A stretch of 64,000 nt of DNA. It comes from Patescibacteria group bacterium. Lineage in GTDB: Bacteria > Patescibacteriota > Patescibacteriia > Magasanikbacterales > GWA2-37-8. This document shows positions 45,066-54,473 of the stretch, piece after piece. The stretch spans positions 32,001 through 96,000 of the forward strand of contig SCQK01000014.1 in NCBI GenBank assembly GCA_004321885.1. Direction: 5' to 3'. The notes beneath the pieces were generated by a model. That model had not been told where the DNA came from and did no database searches. It saw only the letters and a list, made by a program, of their open reading frames with translations. Every line of letters starts with the position of its first letter. Position 1 is the first letter of the stretch. Position numbers and translations under genes: made by a program.

Positions 45066-46310
45066 ATGAATAAAACCATTTTTCAATTAGCCATTACTGC
45101 TTTGCGGCGCCAGAAAACGCGCGCCATTTTAACCATGGTCGCCATCAGCATTGGCATCGCGGCTGTCGTGGTAATGTCTGCGGCCGGCAAGGGGCTGGAA
45201 AAAATGGTCATTAGCGAGCTTGATGTTTTTGGGCCCAATACGATTGAAATAGAAGTAAAGGTGCCGAGCGTGAAAAAAACTTCTAGCGAAAACGCCATGG
45301 GTCTTTCCACGGGCATTACCATTACCACGCTTAAGGACCGCGACATTGATTCGGTGCGCCAGCATCCCAACATTGAATACGCCAACGGCTCGGTGATGGG
45401 GCAGGAATCGGTGAGCTACGGCGGGCAAATAAAAAAAGTGGTGCTGATGGGGCACGGCTGGGAGCAGGCACTGATAGACGACGTGAAATTTGCCAGCGGC
45501 CGTTTTTTTACCAAAGAAGAAGAAGAGTCGCTGAATTCGGTGGCGGTGCTGGGCAACGCGGTCAAGCAAAAAATGTTTGGCGATGACGAGGCAATCGGCA
45601 AAACCATTTACGTGAAAGGCAAGCCTTTCAAGGTGGTGGGCGTGATGGCCAAGCGCGGGGCCGCTTTTTTCTTTGACATAGACAACATGGTTACCCTGCC
45701 CACCAAAACAATGCAAAAAAAACTTTTAGGCATCAATTATGTCATGTACATCATGGCCAAGATGAAAGACCGTACGCAAGCCAAGCAGACCGCGGTCGAG
45801 CTCACGGAAATAATTCGCGCCAATCACGGCATCACGGACCCGGACAAAGATGATTTCGCTGTCAATACCATGGAAGAGGCCAAAGCCATTTTGAAAACCA
45901 TTATCGGCGCGCTGACCCTGCTTCTCATCGCGCTGGTGTGCATTTCGCTGGTGGTGGGCGGGGTGGGTATTATGAATATAATGTATGTGTCCGTGGCCGA
46001 GCGTAAATTTGAAATCGGCCTGCGCAAATCCGTGGGCGCCAGGCGTCAGGATATTTTATGGCAATTTTTGGACGAAGCTGTCATTCTCACCACCGGCGGA
46101 GGAGTGCTGGGAATTGTTTTGGGCGCCCTGCTCGCGTTTGTCATCTACATTGTGGCAATATCCTACGGCTTCAAATGGTCGTATATTTTGCCGTTCTCTT
46201 CCATTTTATTATCCCTCGGCTTCTCGGCCTTTATCGGCATTCTTTTTGGTGTTTACCCGGCCAAAAAAGCCGCCTCACTAAACCCCATTGAGGCCTTGCG
46301 CCGGGAGTAA
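45066..46310 (+). CDS. Second ABC transporter permease, MacB_PCD + FtsX domains
   Basis: Paralogous architecture. VSVAERKFEIGLRKSVGA. Confidence 0.8.
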   Translation: MNKTIFQLAITALRRQKTRAILTMVAISIGIAAVVVMSAAGKGLEKMVISELDVFGPNTIEIEVKVPSVKKTSSENAMGLSTGITITTLKDRDIDSVRQHPNIEYANGSVMGQESVSYGGQIKKVVLMGHGWEQALIDDVKFASGRFFTKEEEESLNSVAVLGNAVKQKMFGDDEAIGKTIYVKGKPFKVVGVMAKRGAAFFFDIDNMVTLPTKTMQKKLLGINYVMYIMAKMKDRTQAKQTAVELTEIIRANHGITDPDKDDFAVNTMEEAKAILKTIIGALTLLLIALVCISLVVGGVGIMNIMYVSVAERKFEIGLRKSVGARRQDILWQFLDEAVILTTGGGVLGIVLGALLAFVIYIVAISYGFKWSYILPFSSILLSLGFSAFIGILFGVYPAKKAASLNPIEALRRE

Positions 46311-46332
46311 GAGCTTGGTATGCTATGCCCGT

Positions 46333-48147
46333 ATGACCGACACTCAAGCCATCAAAGACCGGCTGGATATTGTGCAAATCATCGGCGAATATCTGCAGTT
46401 GAAAAAAGCCGGGGCCAACTGGAAGGCCAACTGCCCATTTCATCAGGAGAAAACCCCGTCTTTTATGGTGCACCCGGAAAAGCAGATATTTCATTGCTTT
46501 GGCTGCGGCAAAGGCGGGGATGTTTTTACCTTTGTGCAGGAAATGGAAGGGTTTGATTTTCCCGAAGCCCTGAAATTTTTGGCTGACCGCGCCGGGGTGA
46601 AGATAGACACGTATCGCAGTGAAATAGACAAAAGCCAGCGCAACCGGATTTTGGAAATCAACAACAAGGCCGCGTATTTTTTTCATCATTTTTTACTGGA
46701 AATGCCCGGGGCGCAAAAGGCCCGCGATTATTTAACGGAAAGAAAATTAAAACCCGAAACAATAGAAGAATGGCAGGTGGGCTTTGTGCCTGACCAGTGG
46801 GACTTGCTTACGCAATATTTATTAAAAAAAGGATTTGGCATAGATGATTTGGTTTTAGCGGGGTTGACCATAAAAAGAGAAGGGGCCAGCTTGTACTCGG
46901 GCAAGGGTTTTTACGACCGTTTTCGCGGTCGCATCATGTTTCCCATTTGGGACGCGCACGATAATGTCGTCGGTTTTACGGGCAGGATTTTGGTGGAAAC
47001 CGAACATTCCGGCGGCAAGTACGTCAATACTCCCCAAACCCTGGTTTATGATAAGTCACGCGTGCTTTACGGCATAAACAAGGCCAAACAAGAAATAAAA
47101 GCCAAAGATTTGGCTGTGCTAGTGGAAGGACAAATGGACGTCATCGCTTGCCATCAGGCCGGCATGAAAAATGTCTTCGCGGTTTCGGGCACGGCCCTGA
47201 CTGCGGAGCAGATAAAATTAATAAAGCGATACACCAACAACGCGGCCTTTGCTTTTGACGTGGACGCGGCCGGGCAAAACGCGGCCAAGCGAGGGATAGA
47301 CGCGGCCATAGAACAAGGCTTGAACACAAAAATTGTTCAACTACCCGAAGGCGCCGGCAAAGACGCGGATGAGTGTATAAAAGCAAATTCACAAATTTGG
47401 TTCAAGGCTGTGGAACAAGCCAAGGATGTGATGCAATGGCTGTTTGAAAAAAATTTGGCCGGGGTGGATATAGTCGACCCCAAGCAAAAACAGAGAGCCG
47501 GGCACAATTTACTCATAGAAATCAGCCGTTTGCCTTATGCTTTGGAACGCGACCATTGGCTAAAAGTATTGGCTGAGCGCCTGCGTGTGGACGAGGAAGT
47601 ATTGAGAGAAGAAATGAAGAGCGCGGCCAAAGACGCGGCCAAAGAAGACAGGCGCGGCGGTTCCCCTCCCATTGATAAGAAGAGGGATGGGGAGGGGTCT
47701 GTGAACACATTAGTTGTTCAAACCCGCTATGACCTGCTCCTGCAGAATCTGTGGGCTTTGCTTCTTAAATACCCCTCGCTCATTAGCGCGTTTTGGAGCT
47801 CGCTGAAAGAGGACTATTTTTCCGGCACAGGGTTTGGATTGCTTTACGATTTGGCGAAAAAGAGGTATAATACCGGCAGTGTGTCGCCCGAGGATTTGAG
47901 GGCTGATTTTGGCAACCAAGAGCAAAATTTTATTGATGTTTTATTGCTCAAGGCAGACACCATTTATGGCGATTACAAAGAGAGTGAGAGCGCGAAAGAA
48001 ATTGAATTGATTTTGGCCGAGTTAAATAAAAGCTGGGTGAAAAACAAGCGTGAACAGCTGATGGAAAAATTGAAAGAAGCGCAAAAAAACGGGGATTTGG
48101 GCGAGGTTAAAGATATTTTGTATAAAATTATTGAGTTAAACGAATAA
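46333..48147 (+). CDS. dnaG: DNA primase
   Basis: Zn-finger CPFHQEKTPSFMVHPEKQIFHCFGCGKGGD, TOPRIM EGQMDV...SGTALT. ATG 46333 (the track start 46288 overlaps the upstream gene). Confidence 0.85.
   Translation: MTDTQAIKDRLDIVQIIGEYLQLKKAGANWKANCPFHQEKTPSFMVHPEKQIFHCFGCGKGGDVFTFVQEMEGFDFPEALKFLADRAGVKIDTYRSEIDKSQRNRILEINNKAAYFFHHFLLEMPGAQKARDYLTERKLKPETIEEWQVGFVPDQWDLLTQYLLKKGFGIDDLVLAGLTIKREGASLYSGKGFYDRFRGRIMFPIWDAHDNVVGFTGRILVETEHSGGKYVNTPQTLVYDKSRVLYGINKAKQEIKAKDLAVLVEGQMDVIACHQAGMKNVFAVSGTALTAEQIKLIKRYTNNAAFAFDVDAAGQNAAKRGIDAAIEQGLNTKIVQLPEGAGKDADECIKANSQIWFKAVEQAKDVMQWLFEKNLAGVDIVDPKQKQRAGHNLLIEISRLPYALERDHWLKVLAERLRVDEEVLREEMKSAAKDAAKEDRRGGSPPIDKKRDGEGSVNTLVVQTRYDLLLQNLWALLLKYPSLISAFWSSLKEDYFSGTGFGLLYDLAKKRYNTGSVSPEDLRADFGNQEQNFIDVLLLKADTIYGDYKESESAKEIELILAELNKSWVKNKREQLMEKLKEAQKNGDLGEVKDILYKIIELNE
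47663..47697. repeat. In-frame imperfect palindrome CCCCTCCC...GGGGAGGGG in dnaG
   Basis: Encodes GGSPPIDKKRDGEGS in the DnaG C-terminal linker. Confidence 0.45.
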
Positions 48148-48153
48148 CGCGTT

Positions 48154-49482
48154 ATGTCTAGAAAAAGAGGGAAAAAGGTTTTGGCGCGAAAAAAATTGAA
48201 GGTTACGAAGCGCCAAGCGCCAAAGCGCGCCGTAAAAAAAATCAAGCGGGTCAAGAAAAAAGCGCGCGCCTCCAAAGGCCGCAAAATAAAAAAGACGTTT
48301 AGGTCCGCGAAAAAGCCTGCCCATGCGGCAGGCAGGCCTGTTTTTGTTAAAGGTAAAAAATCCATACCGCCGCTGGAAGTTATCGCCGAGCCGACCGGCG
48401 AGCAAATTTGGGCGCTCATTGCCAAGGGGCGCAACCGCGGTTTTATCACCCAGATGGAATTGGAGCAGTTATTCTCTCGTCCCGAGCGCTATTTAGATTT
48501 GTACGAGGGTTTTATAGAAACGTTGGATAAAAACGGGGTCTCGCTGGTAGAGCACGTCGGCGGTCTTTTGGCCGACAAAAAAGACAAGCAGATAGTTTTG
48601 AAACAATTTCAGGGAGAACAACCGGACATGGATTCACCTTTTGATTTAGGGCAAATTTCTTCGGATTCAATTCAGATGTACTTGCGCGAAATCGGCAAGA
48701 TTCCGTTGCTTACCGGCGAGGAAGAAGTGTCTTTAGCCAAGCGTAAAGAGCGCGGCGATAAAGAGGCCGAGCAGAAATTAATTTCGGCCAATTTGCGCCT
48801 GGTGGTTTCTATTGCTAAAAAATTTATCGGCAAATCCCTGTCTTTGCTGGATTTGATTCAGGAAGGCAACATCGGCCTGTTTCGCGCCGTCAAAAAATTT
48901 GACTACCGCAAGGGCTATAAATTTTCCACCTACGCCACCTGGTGGATTCGTCAGGCCATTACCCGCGCCTTGGCGGACCAGAGTCGCACTATCCGCATTC
49001 CGGTGCACATGGTGGAAACCATCAACCGCTTCCAGCAGGTGCAGAGGCGGCTGTTGCAGGATTTGGGGCGCGACCCCACGCCCGAAGAATTGGCCGCCGA
49101 GATGGGCGAAGAGGTGGGCAAGATAAATCACATCATCAAAATTTCGCAGGAGACCGTGTCTTTGGAAATGTCCGTGGGCGACGACGATGACGATGATTCG
49201 TCTTTGCAGGATTTTGTGGAGGACGTGAAAAACTTGTCGCCGGACCGCGTGGCCGGCATGGAGATTTTGCGCGATTATGTCAAAGACGCCATCAAAGACC
49301 TGTCCCCGCGCGAGCAGAAAATTTTGGAAATGCGCTTTGGCCTCACCGACGGCGTAACCCACACCCTGGAAGAAGTGGGCAAGGAATTTGACGTGACCCG
49401 CGAGCGCATCCGCCAGATAGAAGCCAAGGCCCTGGAAAAAATCAAAGCCATGGGCATTATCAGCAAGTTGAGGGATTATTAA
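48154..49482 (+). CDS. rpoD: RNA polymerase sigma factor RpoD (sigma-70) with K/R-rich N-terminus
   Basis: Region 2 [39 protein letters not shown]. Region 4 [15 protein letters not shown]...[24 protein letters not shown]. Confidence 0.9.
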   Translation: MSRKRGKKVLARKKLKVTKRQAPKRAVKKIKRVKKKARASKGRKIKKTFRSAKKPAHAAGRPVFVKGKKSIPPLEVIAEPTGEQIWALIAKGRNRGFITQMELEQLFSRPERYLDLYEGFIETLDKNGVSLVEHVGGLLADKKDKQIVLKQFQGEQPDMDSPFDLGQISSDSIQMYLREIGKIPLLTGEEEVSLAKRKERGDKEAEQKLISANLRLVVSIAKKFIGKSLSLLDLIQEGNIGLFRAVKKFDYRKGYKFSTYATWWIRQAITRALADQSRTIRIPVHMVETINRFQQVQRRLLQDLGRDPTPEELAAEMGEEVGKINHIIKISQETVSLEMSVGDDDDDDSSLQDFVEDVKNLSPDRVAGMEILRDYVKDAIKDLSPREQKILEMRFGLTDGVTHTLEEVGKEFDVTRERIRQIEAKALEKIKAMGIISKLRDY

Positions 49483-49498
49483 TCACAAACCTGTCAAT

Positions 49499-51106
49499 AT
49501 GGCAGAGAAACCGTCGCCCTTGTATTTACACAAGGAAAGCAGGGCTCTTGAACAACTGAGAGACGCTTCTTTGAGTAAGGAAAAATTAACATCCGAAGAT
49601 GTTAAGGAATATGTTGACGGGGTTTTGGATGAAATAAAAACCGCCACCAGTAAAAGAAAAAAAGAAAGTATTTTGGCGAAGGCTTTGGATAAAGAAATCG
49701 TCTTGCGATATTTAAGTACGGAAGAAAGTATTTTTGATGAACAATCTAAGGATGAAATTGAGGCCAAGGCCGATGTCGACGTCAGGACAATGGTTGCCGA
49801 GCGTCTTTTGAAGGCGATAATGGAAGAATTCCAGAAGAGGGGCGAGCACGATATTAATCTTTATACTCTATTGCATGGCAGAGGGATGATTAGCAGACTG
49901 GAAAGAACAGGGGGCGTTAATAGGATATACAAAGAGCATTTAACCAAGAGAGAAGGCATGCAGGAAGCAGACAAGCAGGCAAAGTATGGCGAAGGCCTGG
50001 AGGCGGCTAAAAAGACCATGCAAAAGTATATGCGCATGCCGAAAAGCGAGCATTTATTGCATGTATTCAAATTTGATCCTGACACCATGGCAGTGATAGT
50101 TCCGGAAATTCCGAATTATACCACTTTGGCGGATGTTGCTGATTTTCCAGAAAGAAATAAGTTAGCGGAGGCGTTGAAGATTTTGCTTGGAGGGATTGAA
50201 GGCGTGGAAGAATTAAGGAGGGCGGGCTTTATCATGCAGGATATCAAGGGGCTCAATATCGTAAAAATAGAGATTGTTAGAGAAGTAGAGGATACAGAGG
50301 GCAAAAAGACAATCATAAAAGAAACAAGCGGCGCGCTTCCCGATCTTGACGGTCTCACCCGAGAAAAAGATATTAAGAAAAATACGCGGTTATTTTTTGG
50401 AACACCGGGGCACGTGCCGCCGGAACTGGGAGAGGAAAAACAAACGCGAACAGCCGAAACCGGGCAGACCGTTTCTTTGGAGAGTCCGCCGATGGCTATA
50501 GCTGATGATGAAAGTGGTCGGGTCGATTCAGGGGATACCGAAATCAATGCCGCGCCGTCGACTACAGCAGAAGACGTCGCTCCCGGCGGTATTGATAAAG
50601 GGCAGGAAAATAAAGATATTTCTCGCGACCGCACGGTATTGGCTCCGACAGCGGCCATTTCTCCGGAAGATAGCAGTCATTTAAGGCCTAAGGTTATTTC
50701 CGAATTTAACCAAGGCGGTTACAAAGAAGAGGTTTTTCAATTAGGGAGATGTCTTGAGGATATCGTGGTTGCTTTACCGCATGAAATGGAAGACAAAAAC
50801 GCGGCTTCTCGCTTAAAGGATAATTATGCGGATCTAAAGGGTTTGCCTGGGAAAGACAGGAGGTCATTTATGGCGGAACTTTCTTCTTTATATCTAAAAA
50901 TGAAACAGAGGGACCCAAAAAAAAGGCCGAATTTAGAAGAGGTTAGCGCGATTTTAAGCGGTCTCATCAGGCGGTTGGAAAGTCGAGGCGCTGATACGCA
51001 GGCAATTGCCGAAATCTCAAGAAGAATTGAAGAGATGACGCCAACTGTTTCTGATACGACGAAGACGGCGATTGTTGACACAAAAATAGTAAAAAAAGCC
51101 GCATGA
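49499..51106 (+). CDS. Divergent Hanks-type Ser/Thr protein-kinase-like protein
   Basis: Gly-loop-like HGRGMISRL...RIYK, catalytic loop QDIKGLN (DxKxxN), DLDG (DFG-like), GTPGHVPPE (GTPxYxAPE), YKEEVFQLGRCLEDIV (subdomain IX), DPKKRPNLEEV (subdomain XI), with a long acidic insert. Confidence 0.5.
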   Translation: MAEKPSPLYLHKESRALEQLRDASLSKEKLTSEDVKEYVDGVLDEIKTATSKRKKESILAKALDKEIVLRYLSTEESIFDEQSKDEIEAKADVDVRTMVAERLLKAIMEEFQKRGEHDINLYTLLHGRGMISRLERTGGVNRIYKEHLTKREGMQEADKQAKYGEGLEAAKKTMQKYMRMPKSEHLLHVFKFDPDTMAVIVPEIPNYTTLADVADFPERNKLAEALKILLGGIEGVEELRRAGFIMQDIKGLNIVKIEIVREVEDTEGKKTIIKETSGALPDLDGLTREKDIKKNTRLFFGTPGHVPPELGEEKQTRTAETGQTVSLESPPMAIADDESGRVDSGDTEINAAPSTTAEDVAPGGIDKGQENKDISRDRTVLAPTAAISPEDSSHLRPKVISEFNQGGYKEEVFQLGRCLEDIVVALPHEMEDKNAASRLKDNYADLKGLPGKDRRSFMAELSSLYLKMKQRDPKKRPNLEEVSAILSGLIRRLESRGADTQAIAEISRRIEEMTPTVSDTTKTAIVDTKIVKKAA

Positions 51107-51137
51107 AAATATCCAAAGATATTTTCATGATTCGTTC

Positions 51138-51166
51138 GGAAATAGCCGCTTACAGCGGCTATTTCC
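51138..51166. repeat. 12-bp perfect hairpin GGAAATAGCCGC-ttaca-GCGGCTATTTCC
   Basis: Intergenic before murG. Preceded by a second hairpin at 51105-51126. No U-tract. Confidence 0.5.
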
Positions 51167-51176
51167 CTCACTCATT

Positions 51177-52256
51177 ATGAAAATAATGTTTTCCGGCGGG
51201 GGGACTTTGGGGCCGGTGACGCCGCTTTTGGCGGTGCACGAGATTTATCGCCGCCGCAATCCGGGGGCGAAATTTGTGTGGGTGGGCACAAAGCGCGGCC
51301 CAGAGAAAAAAATTTTGGAAAAATATAACATAGTTTTTTACGCGGTCACATCGTGCAAGTGGCGCCGCTATTTTTCTTTGCGCAACATCATAGACGCGAT
51401 TAAATTCGGCGTTGCTTTTTTCCAGTGTTTGATTTTGCTGTGGATAGAAACGCCCGACCTGCTTGTTTCCGCCGGCGGGTTCGTGAGCGTGCCTTTGCAT
51501 TGGGCCGGCGCCCTGCTGGGCATACCGGCCTGGGTTCATCAGCAAGACCCGAGCGTGGGATTGGCCAACAAATTGAACGCGCGTTTTGCCAAGAAAATTA
51601 CCACGGCCCTGCGCGACACCGCGCGATTTTTTCCCGAGAAAAAAACCGAATGGCTGGGCAACCCGGTGCGCGACCTGACAGTGGGCGATGCGCAAGCGGC
51701 GCGCGGGCGTTTGGGTTTGCCGCTGACCGGCCCGGTTATTTTTGCCTTGGGCGGCGGCACCGGGGCCTCAAAATTAAACGAGCTGGTGTTGCAATCCTTG
51801 GCTTCTCTGCCCAAGGATTGGCAGGTCATTCATCTGCTCGGCGACAGACCCATGGAAATGGCCGAGCGGGCCGCGCAGACATTTACCAATTACCATCCGC
51901 GCCAATTTTTTACTCACGAGATGAAAGACGCCTACGCGGCGGCTGATGTGGTTATCGCGCGCGCCGGTTTTGGCACCATCAGCGAGCTGGCGGCCCTGGG
52001 CAAGGCCGCGGTCATAATTCCTATGCCCGGCTCGCATCAGGAAGAAAACGCGAAATTGCTTTCAGCCAACAAAGCGGCCATCGTGCTCCGCGAAGAAACA
52101 GCTAACGGAATGAAGCTGGCGCATATCGTGGATGAGATTGCGCGCTATCCGGAATTCAAAGATTATCTCGGCAACCGCTTGCGCTCTATTTTACCGCCGG
52201 CTAGGCCCGAGAGGGTCGTGGAAATTATTGAAGAACTTACAGAATCAAAGAAATAA
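51177..52256 (+). CDS. murG: UDP-GlcNAc:undecaprenyl-PP-MurNAc-pentapeptide GlcNAc transferase
   Basis: MKIMFSGGGTLGPVTPLLAV N-terminal G-loop, C-terminal GT-B domain, 359 aa. Confidence 0.85.
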   Translation: MKIMFSGGGTLGPVTPLLAVHEIYRRRNPGAKFVWVGTKRGPEKKILEKYNIVFYAVTSCKWRRYFSLRNIIDAIKFGVAFFQCLILLWIETPDLLVSAGGFVSVPLHWAGALLGIPAWVHQQDPSVGLANKLNARFAKKITTALRDTARFFPEKKTEWLGNPVRDLTVGDAQAARGRLGLPLTGPVIFALGGGTGASKLNELVLQSLASLPKDWQVIHLLGDRPMEMAERAAQTFTNYHPRQFFTHEMKDAYAAADVVIARAGFGTISELAALGKAAVIIPMPGSHQEENAKLLSANKAAIVLREETANGMKLAHIVDEIARYPEFKDYLGNRLRSILPPARPERVVEIIEELTESKK

Positions 52257-52299
52257 AAATTTGAACGGTGAATCGCTCGGAGAATTTGGGATTCAATGT

Positions 52300-53631
52300 T
52301 CAAATTTTTATTTCTTTGATTTTATTTTGTAAAGTTTGTTTTGATTTTACTCGCACCCGCACAAATTCCGGCGTATATCCCGCGAAGTAGCCGGATTTTT
52401 TTTGTTCAAACAGTACTGGGCGGGTTTTGCCGGTGAATTTGGCCGCGAATTTTTTGGCCTCGGCTTTGGAAATTTTGAGCAGTTTTTTTACGCGTTCGGT
52501 TTTGATTTTGTCCTGCACTTGGTTTGGCATTTTGGCCGCGGCAGTGCCAGGGCGCGGAGAAAAAGGGAAAACGTGTATTTTGGCAAAGCCCCCGCCAAAG
52601 GCGGGTCCGTCTTGGGCGGACATTTTTTTTACAAACGCGCAGGTCTCGGTGAATTCTTTTTCGGTCTCGCCCGGGAAGCCGACGATAATGTCGGTGGTAA
52701 AAGAAAACAGGGGATTGGCCTGGCGCAGTTTTTGAACAATTCCAAGATATTGTTTCGCGTTATATCCGCGCCGCATCCGTTTGAGCATTGTGTCCGAGCC
52801 CGATTGCAAGGACAAATGCCAATGCGGCATCAATCTGTTTTGTCCCCCCTTTTTAAGGGGGGAATAAAAGGGGGGTAAGAATAATTTTATTAATTTTTCC
52901 GAAATCAGCCGCGGGTCCAGCGAACCGAGCCGGATGCGCTCTATTTTTGTTTCTCGTAAAATTTTTTTCAGCAGTTCGGCCAAGTCTCCCCCACTGCCAG
53001 AGGGGGGGACGAAGGGGGGGTGGGAGCTGTCTTTGTATTGGCAAATATTTACTCCGGTCAGTACCGCTTCTTTATAGCCGTCTTTTTCCGCTTCTTTGAT
53101 TTTTTTTATCACCGCCTCGGATGGCACACTTCGCGTTCGGCCGCGGAAAGATGGAATAATACAATAGGCGCAGTTAAAATTACAGCCGGTTTGGATTTTG
53201 ATGAGAGTGCGTGTTCTATCATTGCGTAGCCGAGCGGTCGGATGTGTTCGTAGCGCCTTATGCCGCCGCAGCGGCATGGCCGAGGCCTCGCGGCCGAGGG
53301 AAGCGAGAACACATCCGACCGCTCCTCTGCGAGCTTCGCAATGGCTCACAACTTCCTCATTCCCTCTCGCCACAAAATCAATCTCGGGCAAATCCTTGTT
53401 TTCCAGACAGCCAACCGCGATTACGTACGCCCCGCGCCGTTTGGCCCGCCGAATCATCTCGCGCGTGGTCTGACTGGCGTCCACGGTCACTCCGCAGGCG
53501 CGCACCACGGCTACGTCTTCGTGCGCGCCAAAAAGCACGACAGAAAAACCTCGCTGTACGAGGTCTTTTTTCAGTTCTTCTGTCTCGGCTTGATTCAATT
53601 TGCACCCCAGGGTGTGGAATGAAATTTTCAC
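52300..53631 (-). CDS. Radical-SAM methylthiotransferase, MiaB/RimO/MtaB family (MtaB-like) carrying palindromic inserts
   Basis: N-terminal MTTase ISFHTLGCKLNQAETE, radical SAM IQTGCNFNCAYCIIP, C-terminal TRAM. 443 aa, inflated by inserts. Confidence 0.75.
   Translation of the reverse strand: MKISFHTLGCKLNQAETEELKKDLVQRGFSVVLFGAHEDVAVVRACGVTVDASQTTREMIRRAKRRGAYVIAVGCLENKDLPEIDFVARGNEEVVSHCEARRGAVGCVLASLGREASAMPLRRHKALRTHPTARLRNDRTRTLIKIQTGCNFNCAYCIIPSFRGRTRSVPSEAVIKKIKEAEKDGYKEAVLTGVNICQYKDSSHPPFVPPSGSGGDLAELLKKILRETKIERIRLGSLDPRLISEKLIKLFLPPFYSPLKKGGQNRLMPHWHLSLQSGSDTMLKRMRRGYNAKQYLGIVQKLRQANPLFSFTTDIIVGFPGETEKEFTETCAFVKKMSAQDGPAFGGGFAKIHVFPFSPRPGTAAAKMPNQVQDKIKTERVKKLLKISKAEAKKFAAKFTGKTRPVLFEQKKSGYFAGYTPEFVRVRVKSKQTLQNKIKEIKI
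52843..52863. repeat. In-frame palindrome TCCCCCC-TTTTTAA-GGGGGGA in the MtaB-like gene
   Basis: Encodes (minus strand) FYSPLKKGG. A second imperfect one at about 52985-53010 encodes HPPFVPPSGSGG. Confidence 0.5.
53220..53344. mobile_element. About 125-bp highly structured palindromic insertion with 18-bp perfect terminal inverted repeats inside the MtaB-like coding sequence
   Basis: GAGCGGTCGGATGTGTTC (53232-53249) and its exact reverse complement (53307-53324). Outer CATTGCG/CGCAATG. Internal ATGCCGC-cgca-GCGGCAT. GC-rich. Translated as a 40-aa insert between the MTTase and radical-SAM domains. Confidence 0.55.
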
Positions 53632-53632
53632 G

Positions 53633-54277
53633 CTATTCCATTAAAATGTAAGACCGAAAGCCGCCTCCATAACTCGATTCCGCGAATTGTTTTACAAAGT
53701 CATTCATCACCCTTCTGGTTGGTTCGTCTTTGATGTTTTCGTGCTGTTTGATCAGGTTGTTCAGCACGAATTTGTCCCTAAAGTCGCCTTTGCTGTTTAG
53801 GTTGGTATTGCCTATGTTGTAATGTTCAAAGAAAAATTGGTGGTCCATCTGGTCTATTATTCTTGCCACTTTCGTCTCGTCCGAATCCCCGTGTTCAAAT
53901 TCGTTGAACAGTTCCTTGAGTTCGCGTCCATCCGGTTCTTCCAGGTAGCCGGCCAAAAGCTCCATCGCTTTTTCTCCAATTTTGTTTTTATATTCGGTAA
54001 GTTCTGGGTAGCGGCGGTGCAAGGGCGCAGAGATATCACCTCCGAAAAGTTCACCCAAATCATGCACCAAGAGCATGGACATTATTTTTTCGCCGTCAAT
54101 TTTTCCGCCCTCCCTCTTTATTTTTTTCAGTAAAAAATAGGCGATAATGCAGGCGCCATAATGATGCTCGGCCAGGGTTTCAACCTCGTGCAGGCGGATG
54201 CCGCCCAAAAGATAGCCGGTGAGCGGCTGTTCTTTGGTGAGTTGTAAGATGGAAAAAAGTTTGACGAGATTTTGCAT
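53633..54277 (-). CDS. HD-domain phosphohydrolase
   Basis: 214 aa from MQNLVKLF... H...HD...D pattern (EHHYGACIIAY...LLVHDLGELFGGD). Confidence 0.6.
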   Translation of the reverse strand: MQNLVKLFSILQLTKEQPLTGYLLGGIRLHEVETLAEHHYGACIIAYFLLKKIKREGGKIDGEKIMSMLLVHDLGELFGGDISAPLHRRYPELTEYKNKIGEKAMELLAGYLEEPDGRELKELFNEFEHGDSDETKVARIIDQMDHQFFFEHYNIGNTNLNSKGDFRDKFVLNNLIKQHENIKDEPTRRVMNDFVKQFAESSYGGGFRSYILME

Positions 54278-54278
54278 A

Positions 54279-54298
54279 TTTGTGACCCGGCTGGGATT
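54279..54298 (-). repeat. 20-nt direct duplicate of tRNA-Lys 3' end (T-loop to trailer)
   Basis: tttgtgacccggctgggatt identical to 54470-54489 at the 3' end of tRNA-Lys, 191 bp away. Degenerate similarity continues a few nt beyond. Confidence 0.6.
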
Positions 54299-54473
54299 TG
54301 GCCTCGCCTCTCGCTCGCTTCCGCTCGCTCGGGCTGGCCACCGCCTCGCGGTTTGGCTCGCCCATAAGCTCGCCAAACATCGCTCCGGCGTTCGAATCCC
54401 ACCGCGAGCAAAACTATTTGCTCGCTGCCGGTTCCCAAAATTCAAATCCGCCTAATTGCGGATTTTAATTTTG

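Noticed and set aside
54380-54412. Possible additional tRNA (TTCGAATCC T-loop motif) on the + strand between the tRNA-Lys repeats
   Set aside because: No acceptor/D/anticodon arms can be paired. Interpreted as a decayed tRNA 3'-half fragment, not a functional gene.
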